From positions 1 to 64,000 of the forward strand of contig JAVKHQ010000016.1 in NCBI GenBank assembly GCA_031459875.1: a stretch of 64,000 nt of DNA, in the 5' to 3' direction. Made by a program: the position numbers and the translations under genes. The DNA comes from Candidatus Fervidifonticultor sextus (GTDB taxonomy: Bacteria > Sysuimicrobiota > Sysuimicrobiia > Sysuimicrobiales > Humicultoraceae). The notes beneath the pieces were generated by a model. That model had not been told where the DNA came from. It saw only the letters and a list, made by a program, of their open reading frames with translations, and did not search any database. Below, piece by piece: positions 49,137 through 59,102 of this stretch (position 1 is the first letter of the stretch; every line of letters begins with the position of its first letter).

Positions 49137-50357
49137 CTAGCGGGGCTGGGAGATCCGCTGCTTGAGCACGTCGATCGCCCGCTGCATCTGTTCGTTCTGG
49201 ATCCGCTGGATGTCCGCCTCGCTCTTGCCTTCCAGCCGCCCCCCGACGGAGTGGTCGGGGACGATCCCCTTCCCGTGGATGTCGCGGTCAGCCGGCGTCA
49301 GGTACTTGGCGGTCGTGATGGCGGCCCCCCCACCGCCGGGCAGAGGGAACACCGACTGGATGACCCCTTTCCCAAAGGTCTGCTGCCCGACCAGGACCGC
49401 ACCGGCCGAATCGTGGAGCGCCCCGGCCAGGATCTCGGACGCGCTGGCGCTGAACTCGTTGACCAGGACGACGACGGGGAGGGTGACCTTGGATCCGGCC
49501 TGGGCGCGCTCGGTCTGGCGCCGACCGTTGCGGTCGACCACGTGCACCACCGCCCGACCCGCGGGAACGAACCGGGCGGCCACCTTCAGCGCCTCATCGA
49601 ACAGACCGCCGCCGTTGTTGCGCAGGTCGAGCAGCAGGCCACGCGCGCCGGCCCGGAGCACGCGGTCCAGCTCGGCGCCGAACTCCCTCGACGTGTGGTC
49701 GTTGAAGAACAGGATGCGCACGTACCCGATCCGCTCGGCGGCGAGGCGCCGCTGCACCGCGTCGTCCAGGACGCCGGCCCCCTGCACGCTGACGATCTCG
49801 ACCCGGGCCCGCGTGATCTCCACCTCGAAGGTCTGATCCCCCCGACCGATGGTCAGCCGGACCCGCGTGCCGGCGGGCCCGCGGATGCGGCTCACGGCTT
49901 CCTGGATCGCCATGCCCTCGGTGGGCGTGTCGTTGATCCTGCGGATGCGGTCCCCCGGGCGCAGACCGGCCCGGTGGGCGGGAGTGCCCTCGATGGGCTG
50001 GGCCACGATCAGGTGGCCGTCCCGGATCTCGATGAAGATCCCGATCCCGTAGAAGAACCCCTGGGTGGTCTCGGAGAACTCCTTGAAGGCCTTGCCGTCC
50101 ATGTACCGCGTGTAGGGGTCGCCGAGGGCCTCCAGCATGCCCCGGGCCGCGCCGTCGAAGAGCCGGGACGCCTCCGGGAGCGGGAACAGGAAATGCTGTC
50201 GGACGGTGCCCAACAGGTCGCGCAGCAGCGCAAAGCCCTGCTCATCGGCAGACCGGGCCAATGCGGTGCGCTGGCCGGCGCCGTAGCCGGCGGCGAAGAG
50301 CCCGACGGCCAGCACCAGGACGAGGATCACCGTCCCCCCTCGATTGGGTATCCTCAC
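49137..50357 (-). CDS. ctpA: S41 carboxy-terminal processing protease
   Basis: GDPYT, PDZ domain, DLRNNGGG, SASASEI, TFGKG. Confidence 0.93.
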   Translation of the reverse strand: MRIPNRGGTVILVLVLAVGLFAAGYGAGQRTALARSADEQGFALLRDLLGTVRQHFLFPLPEASRLFDGAARGMLEALGDPYTRYMDGKAFKEFSETTQGFFYGIGIFIEIRDGHLIVAQPIEGTPAHRAGLRPGDRIRRINDTPTEGMAIQEAVSRIRGPAGTRVRLTIGRGDQTFEVEITRARVEIVSVQGAGVLDDAVQRRLAAERIGYVRILFFNDHTSREFGAELDRVLRAGARGLLLDLRNNGGGLFDEALKVAARFVPAGRAVVHVVDRNGRRQTERAQAGSKVTLPVVVLVNEFSASASEILAGALHDSAGAVLVGQQTFGKGVIQSVFPLPGGGGAAITTAKYLTPADRDIHGKGIVPDHSVGGRLEGKSEADIQRIQNEQMQRAIDVLKQRISQPR

Positions 50358-50402
50358 GCGACATCGCCTCCCCGCCGGCTCCTCGGAGCCGGCGGCAGTA
50401 GA

Positions 50403-51575
50403 TTACCGTACCTGGAGCGCCGGGTCGATGGGGCGGCCGTTGTGGCGGATCTCGTAGTGGAGGTGCGGCCCGGTGGCGTACCCCGTGCTGCCAACCCGCC
50501 CCAGAACCTGGCCACGCGCCAGGCGCTGGCCGGGGGCCACCGCGATCTCGGCGAGATGCCCGTAGAGGGTGCTGATCCCCTGCCCGTGATCCAGGACCAC
50601 CAGCTTGCCGTAGCCACCGTACCACCCGGCGAAGATCACCGTCCCCTCATACGCGGCGCGCACGGGAGACCAGCGGGGGCTGGCGATGTCCACCCCGGTA
50701 TGGTGGTGGCGGCGCCTGAAAATGGGGTGGACGCGGAACCCGAACCGGGAGGAAAGTGGGCCGCGCAGCGGCCACAGAAATGCCGCCAGCCGCAGCCCGA
50801 TGCCGCCCCCTGCGGGCTGCAGGCGCTGGATCAACGCCGCCAGTGCCGCCGAATCCTCCTCCAGTTCCCGCACGGCCTGCTCGGTGGCGGTCCGCTCCCC
50901 CACGATGCGCCGCAGCAGATCCCGTTTGGCCTCGCTCTGCTCTGCCAGCACACGCTGGCGCGCCTCCGTCTCGACAACTAGGGCCCGCACCTGCGCCTGC
51001 CGTTCCTCCAGTTGCCGGCGCATTTGCGCGGCGTGCTCCCGGTCCGCCTCGTACGCCTTGATCAGCCGCGCGTCCTCCTCCATGATCGCGCCCACCAGAC
51101 GCGTCCGGGCGACGAAGTCTGCAAACGTGGTCGCGCCCAGCACCACGTCCAGGTAGCCGGCTCGACCGTACCGGTGGGCGTCGACCAGCCTGGCGGCAAG
51201 TGTGGTCTGGCGCTGCGCCAGAGCGCTCTCGGCCCGGGCCACGGCCGCAGCGGCGCCCTCGGCCTGCTGCCGCACGCGGCGAAGGTCAGCGGCCAGCCGC
51301 TCGAGCCGTCGCTCGGTGGCCTCCCGCTGACGATCGAGCCGCTGGATCTCATCGGAGAGCCGGCGTTCGCTCCGCCGCGCGGCCTCCAGGCGCCGGCGCT
51401 GGACGTCGAGCCGCCGCCTGAGGTGCCGCAACTCCTCCTGCCTGGCCGAAAGCGAGGATGCTGCCTCCGGCACGCTCCCCGCGGATGGTGCCGGAGCCGC
51501 CCAGGCCCCGGCCGGTGCCACCAGCAGTAACGCCAGCCCCCCTGACAGAACGGCAGCCGGCAACCGCCTGGTCAT
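50403..51575 (-). CDS. envC: EnvC-like coiled-coil M23 peptidase
   Basis: Coiled coil, HTGVD, YGH, TGPHLHYE; adjacent to ftsEX. Confidence 0.85.
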   Translation of the reverse strand: MTRRLPAAVLSGGLALLLVAPAGAWAAPAPSAGSVPEAASSLSARQEELRHLRRRLDVQRRRLEAARRSERRLSDEIQRLDRQREATERRLERLAADLRRVRQQAEGAAAAVARAESALAQRQTTLAARLVDAHRYGRAGYLDVVLGATTFADFVARTRLVGAIMEEDARLIKAYEADREHAAQMRRQLEERQAQVRALVVETEARQRVLAEQSEAKRDLLRRIVGERTATEQAVRELEEDSAALAALIQRLQPAGGGIGLRLAAFLWPLRGPLSSRFGFRVHPIFRRRHHHTGVDIASPRWSPVRAAYEGTVIFAGWYGGYGKLVVLDHGQGISTLYGHLAEIAVAPGQRLARGQVLGRVGSTGYATGPHLHYEIRHNGRPIDPALQVR

Positions 51576-51585
51576 GCGCCCGCGC

Positions 51586-52536
51586 TCACGTCGCCAGGTA
51601 CCGGCGCAGGGCGATCGCGCTGCCGCCGACGCCGACGGCAAGGCTGAGCAGCCAGACCAGACCGATCGTCTGAGGGACCACCGCGGCCGCGGGCAGCAGC
51701 GGCAGGAACGGAAGGGACGTCGACGCCGCGCTGGTCAGGCCGGTGTAGGCGACCACCAGCAGGACGCTGGCGAGCAGGGCGGCCGCGATGCCCTGCAGGG
51801 CGCCCTCGACGAGGAAGGGGCCGCGGATGAACCCTGCGGTCGCGCCGACGAGGGTCATGATCTCGATCTCCTGCCGGCGGGCCGCGATGGTGAGCCGGAT
51901 GGTGTTGGCGATGATCAGCAGGGCCGAGGCGACCAGCAGCGCGGCCAGGGCTCCACCGGCGATCCGCACCGCGCGGGTCAGGGCCACCAGGCGCTCCACC
52001 ACGGGGGCGCCATACACGACTTCCTCGATGCCGTCCGTGCGGCCCAGCGCCTCGGCGACGGCGCGCACGCGGCCGGCGTCGGCTGCGCGGACTTCAATGG
52101 AATCCGGCAGCGGGTTGCCCGGCAGCAGGCTGCGGACGGATGCCATGGAGCCGTAGGTCTGCTGGAGCCGCCGCAGCGCGTCGTCCTTGCTGACGAAGGT
52201 GGCGCGCCGGACATCCGGAAGCGCCCGGACCGCCTCCAGGATCTGCTGGTGCCTGGCCGGGGAGAGGCCCCGCCGGAGGAAGCCCACCACCTCCACCTGC
52301 GATTCCAGGATGGTCGCCAGGTGGGTGAGATTGGCCGAGAGCACGAACCCCGCACCGGCGACGGTCAGGGCGATCGCCATGGTCGTGGTGGCGGCGGCCG
52401 CCATCAGCCCGTTGCGTCGGAGGCCGCCCACCGCGTCGTCCAGAATCGCGCGCACCGTGGCTGGCCGGCGGCGGACGCGGGGCGCGGCCTCGGAAAGGGG
52501 GTCAGGGCGCGGTCTGGTAGAGACCTCGAGCCTCAT
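51586..52536 (-). CDS. ftsX: Cell division permease FtsX
   Basis: NPLPDS, IANTIRL, RRQEIEIM..VGAT..FIRGPFLVEG. Confidence 0.93.
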   Translation of the reverse strand: MRLEVSTRPRPDPLSEAAPRVRRRPATVRAILDDAVGGLRRNGLMAAAATTTMAIALTVAGAGFVLSANLTHLATILESQVEVVGFLRRGLSPARHQQILEAVRALPDVRRATFVSKDDALRRLQQTYGSMASVRSLLPGNPLPDSIEVRAADAGRVRAVAEALGRTDGIEEVVYGAPVVERLVALTRAVRIAGGALAALLVASALLIIANTIRLTIAARRQEIEIMTLVGATAGFIRGPFLVEGALQGIAAALLASVLLVVAYTGLTSAASTSLPFLPLLPAAAVVPQTIGLVWLLSLAVGVGGSAIALRRYLAT

Positions 52537-53188
52537 CGCGCACGACCCGTCCGGCGTGCAGCTCGATCACGCGCCGGCGGAGGATGTCCACCAGCGTCGG
52601 GTTGTGGGTGGTCACGACCACGGTCGTCCCGCGCAGGTTGATGGCACTGAGCAGGTGCATCAGCTCCCACGCAGCCTCCGGGTCGAGGTTGCCGGTGGGC
52701 TCGTCGGCGAGCAGGATGACGGGCCTGGTCACGACGGCGCGGGCCAGGCACACCCGCTGTTGTTCGCCGCCGGAGAGCCGCGCGGGGAGGTCACCGGCCC
52801 GATCCGCCAGGCCCACAAGCTCCAGCGCCCACTGGACCCGCGGACCGATCTCCGCCGGATCGGCGTCGGTCACGCGCAGCGCAAAGGCCACGTTGTCGGC
52901 CACGGTTCGGTCAGCCAGGAGCTTGAACTCCTGGAAGACCACGCCCAGCCGGCGCCGCAGGAGCGGCACCTGGGCGGCCGGCAGGCGCCCCAGGTCGATG
53001 CCGTCGACCACCACCCGGCCCGCCGTCGGCCGCTCGATGCGCTGGATCAACCTGAGGAACGTGGACTTGCCGCTGCCGGTGGGGCCGACGAGGAAGACGA
53101 ACTCGCCGGGAGCGATCCGAACGGTGACGTCCTGGAGGGCTGCGACGCCGGTCGCATAGCGCTTCCCGACGCCGTCGAAGTGAATCAT
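52502..53188 (-). CDS. ftsE: Cell division ATPase FtsE
   Basis: GPTGSGKST, GVVFQEFKLL, LSGGEQQRV, ADEPTGNLDP. Confidence 0.95.
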   Translation of the reverse strand: MIHFDGVGKRYATGVAALQDVTVRIAPGEFVFLVGPTGSGKSTFLRLIQRIERPTAGRVVVDGIDLGRLPAAQVPLLRRRLGVVFQEFKLLADRTVADNVAFALRVTDADPAEIGPRVQWALELVGLADRAGDLPARLSGGEQQRVCLARAVVTRPVILLADEPTGNLDPEAAWELMHLLSAINLRGTTVVVTTHNPTLVDILRRRVIELHAGRVVRDEARGLYQTAP

Positions 53189-53239
53189 CCGCTGCTCCGA
53201 CGAAAGAGTCCGACCGTTGCGACGATGTCAGTGGCGCGG

Positions 53240-53265
53240 ATTCGCTGGCGGTGGGGCGAATTCCT
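53240..53265 (-). promoter_or_regulatory. Putative SigH-like promoter AGGA-N18-GAAT upstream of ftsE
   Basis: Minus strand GCAGGAATTCGCCCCACCGCCAGCGAAT. Confidence 0.5.
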
Positions 53266-53286
53266 GCCCGCCCCAGGCCCGGACGG

Positions 53287-54051
53287 CTACGGCACCGCCA
53301 GCCCCCAGGTGCTCATCTCCCGCAGGAGCCGCTCGTCGGTCATGTTCAGGTGGATGGGCGTCACCGAGATGTACCCGGCGGCCAGCGCCCAGGCGTCGGT
53401 CCCCTCCTCCTCCCCGGAGAGGTCGCGCTGTCCGGTCAGCCAGTAGTAGGCCTGCCCGCGCGGGTCGGTCCGCTTCTCCAGGGCCGCGAGATAGCGACGC
53501 CCGCTCTGCCGGGTCACCGCCACGCCTTTGATCTGGTCGGGCGGGAGGTTCGGCACATTCACGTTGACCAGCGCGTCGCCGGGCAGCGAGCGGTCCACGA
53601 GGAGGCGCGCCAGGCGAAGCGCAAAGCGCACCGCGACGTCGAAGCGCACGTTCTCCAACGCCGCCACCGAGATGGCGATGCTGGGAATCCCCAGGATGGC
53701 GCCTTCCATGGCGCCGGACACCGTGCCCGAATAGGTCAGGTCCCGCCCCAGGTTGGCGCCGACGTTCACGCCGGAGACGACGAGATCGGGGCGGTGGGAG
53801 AGGAGCTCCATGACGCCGAGCACGACGCAGTCCGCCGGCGTCCCATTCGTCGCCCAGGCCAGCACACCCCCGGGGTAGGTGGTCACGCGCCGCGCGCGCA
53901 GGGGCTTGTGCAGGGTGATGGCATGACCGGTCGCGCTGCGCTCGTGTTCCGGCGAGACCACCGCGGTCTCGTGCTCGGTGGCGAAGGCCTCGGCCAGGAC
54001 GTGCAGCCCGGGTGAGGCGATGCCGTCGTCGTTGGTGAGCAGGACCCGCAC
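53287..54051 (-). CDS. surE: 5'/3'-nucleotidase SurE
   Basis: LLTNDDG, GTPADCV, SGVNVGAN, YSGTV. Confidence 0.96.
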   Translation of the reverse strand: MRVLLTNDDGIASPGLHVLAEAFATEHETAVVSPEHERSATGHAITLHKPLRARRVTTYPGGVLAWATNGTPADCVVLGVMELLSHRPDLVVSGVNVGANLGRDLTYSGTVSGAMEGAILGIPSIAISVAALENVRFDVAVRFALRLARLLVDRSLPGDALVNVNVPNLPPDQIKGVAVTRQSGRRYLAALEKRTDPRGQAYYWLTGQRDLSGEEEGTDAWALAAGYISVTPIHLNMTDERLLREMSTWGLAVP

Positions 54052-54067
54052 CGTGGTGGCGCCACCC

Positions 54068-54919
54068 TCAGGCGACTTCCAGGGACGCGGCCACGTACCC
54101 GACGACGCGGTCGCGTCCGCCGGCGACCTCGCCGGAGGTGGCGTAGCGGAGGACCTCCACCCGCGTCCCGCCCAGGCGGCGGCCCGCCTCCAGCACCGCG
54201 GCGGCCGGGCCGACGCCGCACATCGTGATGCCCTGCTGCCGCACGTCCTCCTGCAGCCGTCGGCCGTCGCACGCCGCCAGTGCGTCCAGCACGATCCGGT
54301 CGGCGGCGACCGCCTCCTCGTGGGACAGGTAGTGGCTGAGATCCGTGGAGGCGATCATGACGGCCTCCTGACCGGCGAGCACCTCGGCCAGGATCTCCGC
54401 CAGGCGCAGCGCCGTCGCCGGCTCCTGGTCGGCCATCACCACGGGGATCACCGGCCCGCGGTATCCGAGCACCTGGAGGAAGGGGAGCTGGACCTCGACG
54501 CTGTGCTCATGCCGCAGGCCCCGGCCGTCGAGGGCGATATGCCTGGCCGCCAGGGCGGCTTTGGCCGGGTGGTCGGTGTCCACCTCACCCAGCGGCGTCA
54601 GCCACCGGGCCTCAGGGGCGGCCGCCACCGGCGACCCCAGGCCGTAGTGGTCCGGCCCGATAATGACCAAGACCTGCGGTATGGGCCCTTCGGCCAGTCG
54701 CAGGTACGCATGGGCGGCGACCGGGCCGGAATATCTGAGTCCCGCATGCGGCACCACCAGCGCACGCAGCGGACGGGAGCCCCAGGGCCGTGGGAGCCGG
54801 CCCGGCCCGACCGGATGCTCGAAGCACTCCTGGACCTGCCGGCGCAACCGCTGCGGGTCGGCCTCGTAGAACGTCCCACTGACAGCGGGAGGGCGCTGGG
54901 ACCCGCCAGCCACCCTCAT
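54068..54919 (-). CDS. MEMO1 family / AmmeMemoRadiSam protein B
   Basis: RPPAVSGTFY, PHAG..YSG, GPDH, EHSVEVQLPFL, STDLSHY, MCG. Confidence 0.9.
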   Translation of the reverse strand: MRVAGGSQRPPAVSGTFYEADPQRLRRQVQECFEHPVGPGRLPRPWGSRPLRALVVPHAGLRYSGPVAAHAYLRLAEGPIPQVLVIIGPDHYGLGSPVAAAPEARWLTPLGEVDTDHPAKAALAARHIALDGRGLRHEHSVEVQLPFLQVLGYRGPVIPVVMADQEPATALRLAEILAEVLAGQEAVMIASTDLSHYLSHEEAVAADRIVLDALAACDGRRLQEDVRQQGITMCGVGPAAAVLEAGRRLGGTRVEVLRYATSGEVAGGRDRVVGYVAASLEVA

Positions 54920-55254
54920 CCTCCGGAGGGTCGCGCCGGCGCCCGGACCTGCGCCTCGAGCCAGGCCAGGTATGGCGCCGCCCCGCCCTGCACCGGGAGC
55001 GCGATCACCTCCGGCACGGTGTACGAATGCAGGCCCTGCACGCGGGCGACAACCTCATCCAGCAGGTCCCTGGAGGTCTTGACGATCAAGAGGAGCTCGT
55101 CGGCGTGCTCGACCCGGCCCTGCCACCGATAGACCGACCGGAGCCCCGGCACCACGTTCACGCAGGCGGCCAGGTGCTCGTCCACGAGCGCCCGGGCGAT
55201 CCGCGAGGCTTCATCGGTGCGGCTGCAGGTGACCAGGACCACGAGGGGTTCCAT
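54916..55254 (-). CDS. cutA: Divalent-cation tolerance protein CutA
   Basis: LAACVN, SVYRWQG, HSYTVPE. Confidence 0.93.
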   Translation of the reverse strand: MEPLVVLVTCSRTDEASRIARALVDEHLAACVNVVPGLRSVYRWQGRVEHADELLLIVKTSRDLLDEVVARVQGLHSYTVPEVIALPVQGGAAPYLAWLEAQVRAPARPSGG

Positions 55255-55278
55255 CGTTCGGTGCAGGCGCGGGGCGGG

Positions 55279-56439
55279 TCAGTCCTGCTCTCGCCACCAG
55301 TCCGGAGAGAGGTCGCGCTCGGGCCTGACCCTGCGCACGCCGGGTCGGGTCCCGGCCCGCTCCTTGGCCACCCTGGCGCGGAGCTGTTCGAACTCGCGCA
55401 GGTCCGTCAGCACCTTGAGCGTGTTCCACACCGCCTCCTCGACGTGCTCCCCGCCCTCTTTCTGGAGCAGCGCCACCAGGGGCTCGATCACCCGCTTGTT
55501 GCGCAGCTTGCCCAGGATGCGGATGGCCAGGCGCTTGACCTCGACGTCCTCATCCTCCAGGGACGTGATGAACTGCTCGCTGGCGCCCTCGCCGAAGAGC
55601 GCGAAGAGCACGCGCAGGGCGAAGCGCCGCACCTTGGGCATGGGGTTCTCCAGCGCCACCCGCAGCTGCTCCACCACCTCCGCGCGCGGGGCCCCGGCCA
55701 GCGCCTCCACGACCATCCTGGGGGGCAGGATGTCGCGGTCGGCGTGCACCTCGCCGCCGTTGAGGACCCCACGCTCCTCCAGGCGCGCCAGGGTTGCCAC
55801 CACCGCCTCCTGCATCTTCGGATCGCGCAGGAACAGCTCCACCAGGGGCTTGACGATGCGGCCGTCGCCGACGCGGCCGAGTACGGAGATGGCCGTCACC
55901 TGGATGACCTGGCTGTCCTGGTGGAGGGCCTCCAGGAGGGCGTCGATGGCCCGCGGACCGATATCCACCAGGATCTTCATGACCTGCGTGCCGATCTTGC
56001 GGCGGAGCTGCTTGTCCTCGAAGGTGGCCATGAGCGGGCCCACCGCGTCAGGTCCGATGCGCACCAGGGCCTCGGTGGCCGCCAGCTGCAGCGACCGCTC
56101 GCGACGGCCGAGCACCCGGATCAGGGGCTCGACGGCGCCCCGGTCGCGCATGTCCCGCAGGCCGTTCACCGCCTGGAGGACCACCTGCTCGCTGCGGTCG
56201 GCCAGAGCCGCCCGCAGCGCCTCGGCCGCGGCCGGGCCGTTGATGCGCCGCAAGGCCATCACCGCGCTCTTGCGGACATACTCGTCCGAATCCTGCAGGG
56301 CCCGGGCCAGTGCCGCCACAGCCGCCTCGTCGCCCAGTTTACCCAGGGCGTGGGCGGCGTCGCTGCGCACGGTCACGTCGTGGCTCTCCAGCTGGCGCAG
56401 ATACCGCTGCAGCTCGTCGGCCTTGGCGGCCTCCGGCAT
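55279..56439 (-). CDS. HEAT-repeat (PBS lyase-like) protein
   Basis: Repeated VRxxAxxALGxLGD..AVxxL units; AGGAGG RBS before ATG 56439. Confidence 0.85.
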   Translation of the reverse strand: MPEAAKADELQRYLRQLESHDVTVRSDAAHALGKLGDEAAVAALARALQDSDEYVRKSAVMALRRINGPAAAEALRAALADRSEQVVLQAVNGLRDMRDRGAVEPLIRVLGRRERSLQLAATEALVRIGPDAVGPLMATFEDKQLRRKIGTQVMKILVDIGPRAIDALLEALHQDSQVIQVTAISVLGRVGDGRIVKPLVELFLRDPKMQEAVVATLARLEERGVLNGGEVHADRDILPPRMVVEALAGAPRAEVVEQLRVALENPMPKVRRFALRVLFALFGEGASEQFITSLEDEDVEVKRLAIRILGKLRNKRVIEPLVALLQKEGGEHVEEAVWNTLKVLTDLREFEQLRARVAKERAGTRPGVRRVRPERDLSPDWWREQD

Positions 56440-56608
56440 CGGTGCTCCTCCTGCTTCAAATACGTACTTGAAAGGCGCCCCGGACCCGGCGCCTCGTAGG
56501 ACCCCCACCACCGTCCTGGGTAGATTATGCCTCATTTTGGGGATTTCAGCCAGCGGGAGCCGCCCCGGGCGTATCCGGACCGTCCGGGGTCTGGACTGTT
56601 GGCCACGG

Positions 56609-56637
56609 TTGCATCCTCGTACGTGACTTCCTATACT
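56609..56637 (+). promoter_or_regulatory. Sigma70 promoter TTGCAT-N17-TATACT, probably giving a leaderless transcript
   Basis: Near-consensus; ATG lies 8 nt after the -10 element. Confidence 0.65.
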
Positions 56638-56645
56638 GGCAGGTA

Positions 56646-56990
56646 ATGGACGAGGCGCACACCGTCCGTTTCGCGCACGCCAGCGAGGCGGAGTTTGCGC
56701 GGATCCTGGACTTTTACGGCATCCGCTGGGAATACGAACCCCGCTCCTTCCCGCTGGAGTGGGACGAGGACGGCCGGGTCCGGGAGAGTTTTAGCCCGGA
56801 CTTCTACCTCCCTGACTTCGATCTCTACATTGAATTGACCACCCTCAAGCAGAGCCTGGTGACCCGCAAGAACCGCAAACTGCGCCGGCTCCGCGAGCTG
56901 TATCCGCAGATTCGGGTCAAGATGTTCTACGGCCGGGACTACCGGAACTTGCTGGCCAAGTACGACCTGCACCCCGCCGCCCGGCGGTGA
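56646..56990 (+). CDS. Small conserved-looking protein with PD-(D/E)xK-like motif
   Basis: SEAEFA..WEYEP..FSPDFYLP..YIELTT; overlaps the hpt start. Confidence 0.75.
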   Translation: MDEAHTVRFAHASEAEFARILDFYGIRWEYEPRSFPLEWDEDGRVRESFSPDFYLPDFDLYIELTTLKQSLVTRKNRKLRRLRELYPQIRVKMFYGRDYRNLLAKYDLHPAARR

Positions 56991-57550
56991 TGGCCCGGCC
57001 CCCGATCAGCCAGGTCCTGCTGACCGAGGAGCAGATCCAGGCGCGGGTACGGGAACTGGCCGGCGCCATCAGCCGCGACTACGCCGCCCGCGACCTGCTC
57101 CTGGTGACGGTGCTCAAGGGCGGGGTGTACTTCCTGGCCGACCTGACGCGCGCCCTGGAGATCCCCGTGGCGATCGACTTCATGGCCATCAGCACCTACC
57201 GGGGCGGGAGGGGCTCCAGCGGCGCGGTGCGCCTCATCAAGGACCTGGACGAGGAACTCACCGGGCGGCACGTCCTGCTGGTTGAGGACATCATCGACAC
57301 CGGGCTGACGGCCTCCTACCTGATCCGCGCCCTGCAGGCGCGCGATCCCGCCGACCTGGCCATCTGCACGCTGCTGGACAAGACGGCGCGCCGCATCGTG
57401 GACACCCTGCCGATCCGCTACCGGGGGTTTGAAGTCCCCGATGAGTTCCTCGTCGGGTACGGTCTGGACCACCGCCAGTACTACCGCAACCTCCCCTACA
57501 TCGCGGTGCTCAGCCCGGACCTGCTGGCGCGCGAACCGGCGCCGCTGTAG
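56990..57550 (+). CDS. hpt: Hypoxanthine phosphoribosyltransferase
   Basis: VLKGG, VEDIIDTGLT (PRPP loop), FLVGYGLD, YRNLPYI. Confidence 0.95.
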   Translation: MARPPISQVLLTEEQIQARVRELAGAISRDYAARDLLLVTVLKGGVYFLADLTRALEIPVAIDFMAISTYRGGRGSSGAVRLIKDLDEELTGRHVLLVEDIIDTGLTASYLIRALQARDPADLAICTLLDKTARRIVDTLPIRYRGFEVPDEFLVGYGLDHRQYYRNLPYIAVLSPDLLAREPAPL

Positions 57551-57554
57551 CCCT

Positions 57555-59102
57555 GTGCAGGCTACCCTGACGCAGGCCGACCCCTCCCGCGCCGATCGGT
57601 CCGCCCTGCTCGTCCTGCAGGACATCACCAAGACGTTTCCAGGGGTGGTGGCCAACGACCGGGTGACGCTGCAGGTCCGCGCCGGTGAGGTGCACGCGCT
57701 GCTGGGCGAGAACGGCGCGGGCAAGACGACCCTGGTCAATGTTCTCTACGGGATCTACCAGCCCGACGGTGGGGAGATCTGGCTTCGGGGCCGGCGCGTG
57801 CGCATCCGATCGCCCCGCGACGCCATCGCCTGGGGGATCGGCATGGTGCCGCAGCACTTCCTGCTGGTCCGCCGGCACACCGTGGCCGAGAACATCGCGC
57901 TCGGACTGCCCGGCGAGCCCTTTCTCTTTCCGGCCCGCAGCGTCGAGGCACGTATCAGGGATCTGGGATCCCGGTACGGGCTGGCGGTCGATCCGCGGGC
58001 GCGGATCTATGAACTGTCACCCAGCGAACAGCAGCGGGTGGAGATCCTCAAGGCCCTGATCCGCGGCGCCCGGATCCTGATCCTGGATGAGCCGACCAGC
58101 GTGCTCACCCCGCAGGAGACCCGCGGGCTGTTCGAGGTCCTCCGGCGGATGAGGGGGGACGGGCACGCCGTCATCTTCATCTCGCACAAACTGGACGAGG
58201 TCACCGCCATCGCGGACCGCGTGACGGTGCTGCGCCGGGGGCGCGTGGTGGGTACGCTGCCCATCGGGGAGACCGACAAACGCGCGCTGGCCCGCATGAT
58301 GGTCGGCCGGGATGTGGAGTTCCGGCACGAGCGGGAACCCAGGGCCCCGGAGGGCGACGGGCTGGTCATCGAGGACCTGGTCGTGCTCGGCGACCGGGGC
58401 CTGCCGGCCCTGCGGGGGATCTCGCTGACCGTCCGCCGGGGCGAAATCGTCGGGATCGCCGGGGTGGCCGGCAACGGCCAGCGCGAACTCGTGGAGGTCC
58501 TCACCGGGCTGCGGCAGGCGCAGGGCGGCCGCATCCGGGTGTTGGATCGCGATGTCACAAACCGCCCGGCCCGGACGATCTACGAGACGGGGGTGGCGCA
58601 CATCCCCGAGGATCGCCTGCGCATGGGCATCGTCGCCGGCCTGTCGGTGGCAGAGAACCTCGTGCTCAAATCGTACCGCGATCCACCGTTTTCCAGGGGG
58701 CCGGTTCTGGACCGGCGGGCGATCGAGGCGTTTGCCCGCCGGATGATCGCCGAGTACGAGATCGTGACGCCGGGGCCCCAGACGCCCGCGCGGCTGCTGT
58801 CGGGCGGCAACATCCAGAGGCTCATCCTGAGCCGGGAGCTGTCGGCGCAGCCACGCGTGATCGTGGCCGCCCACCCCACCTCGGGCCTGGACGTGAGCGC
58901 CACCGAGCAGATCCACGCGCTGCTGCTGCGCCGCCGGCGGGAGGGCGCGGCGATTCTCCTGGTGTCCGAAGACCTGGACGAGATCCTGGCGCTCTCGGAC
59001 CGCGTGGCCGTACTCTTCTCGGGGGAGATCATCGGGATCCTCGATGCGGCCGCCGCCGACCGCGAGCGCATCGGGCTCATGATGATGGGACAGCGCGCAT
59101 GA
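57555..59102 (+). CDS. CUT2-type (nucleoside) ABC ATPase with two domains
   Basis: FPGVVAND, GENGAGKTT, DEPTSVLTP, LSGGNIQR. Confidence 0.9.
   Translation: MQATLTQADPSRADRSALLVLQDITKTFPGVVANDRVTLQVRAGEVHALLGENGAGKTTLVNVLYGIYQPDGGEIWLRGRRVRIRSPRDAIAWGIGMVPQHFLLVRRHTVAENIALGLPGEPFLFPARSVEARIRDLGSRYGLAVDPRARIYELSPSEQQRVEILKALIRGARILILDEPTSVLTPQETRGLFEVLRRMRGDGHAVIFISHKLDEVTAIADRVTVLRRGRVVGTLPIGETDKRALARMMVGRDVEFRHEREPRAPEGDGLVIEDLVVLGDRGLPALRGISLTVRRGEIVGIAGVAGNGQRELVEVLTGLRQAQGGRIRVLDRDVTNRPARTIYETGVAHIPEDRLRMGIVAGLSVAENLVLKSYRDPPFSRGPVLDRRAIEAFARRMIAEYEIVTPGPQTPARLLSGGNIQRLILSRELSAQPRVIVAAHPTSGLDVSATEQIHALLLRRRREGAAILLVSEDLDEILALSDRVAVLFSGEIIGILDAAAADRERIGLMMMGQRA

Noticed and set aside
48218..53188. 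ftsEX-envC-ctpA-yibQ as a novel system
   Set aside because: Widely known conserved cell-division and envelope gene cluster
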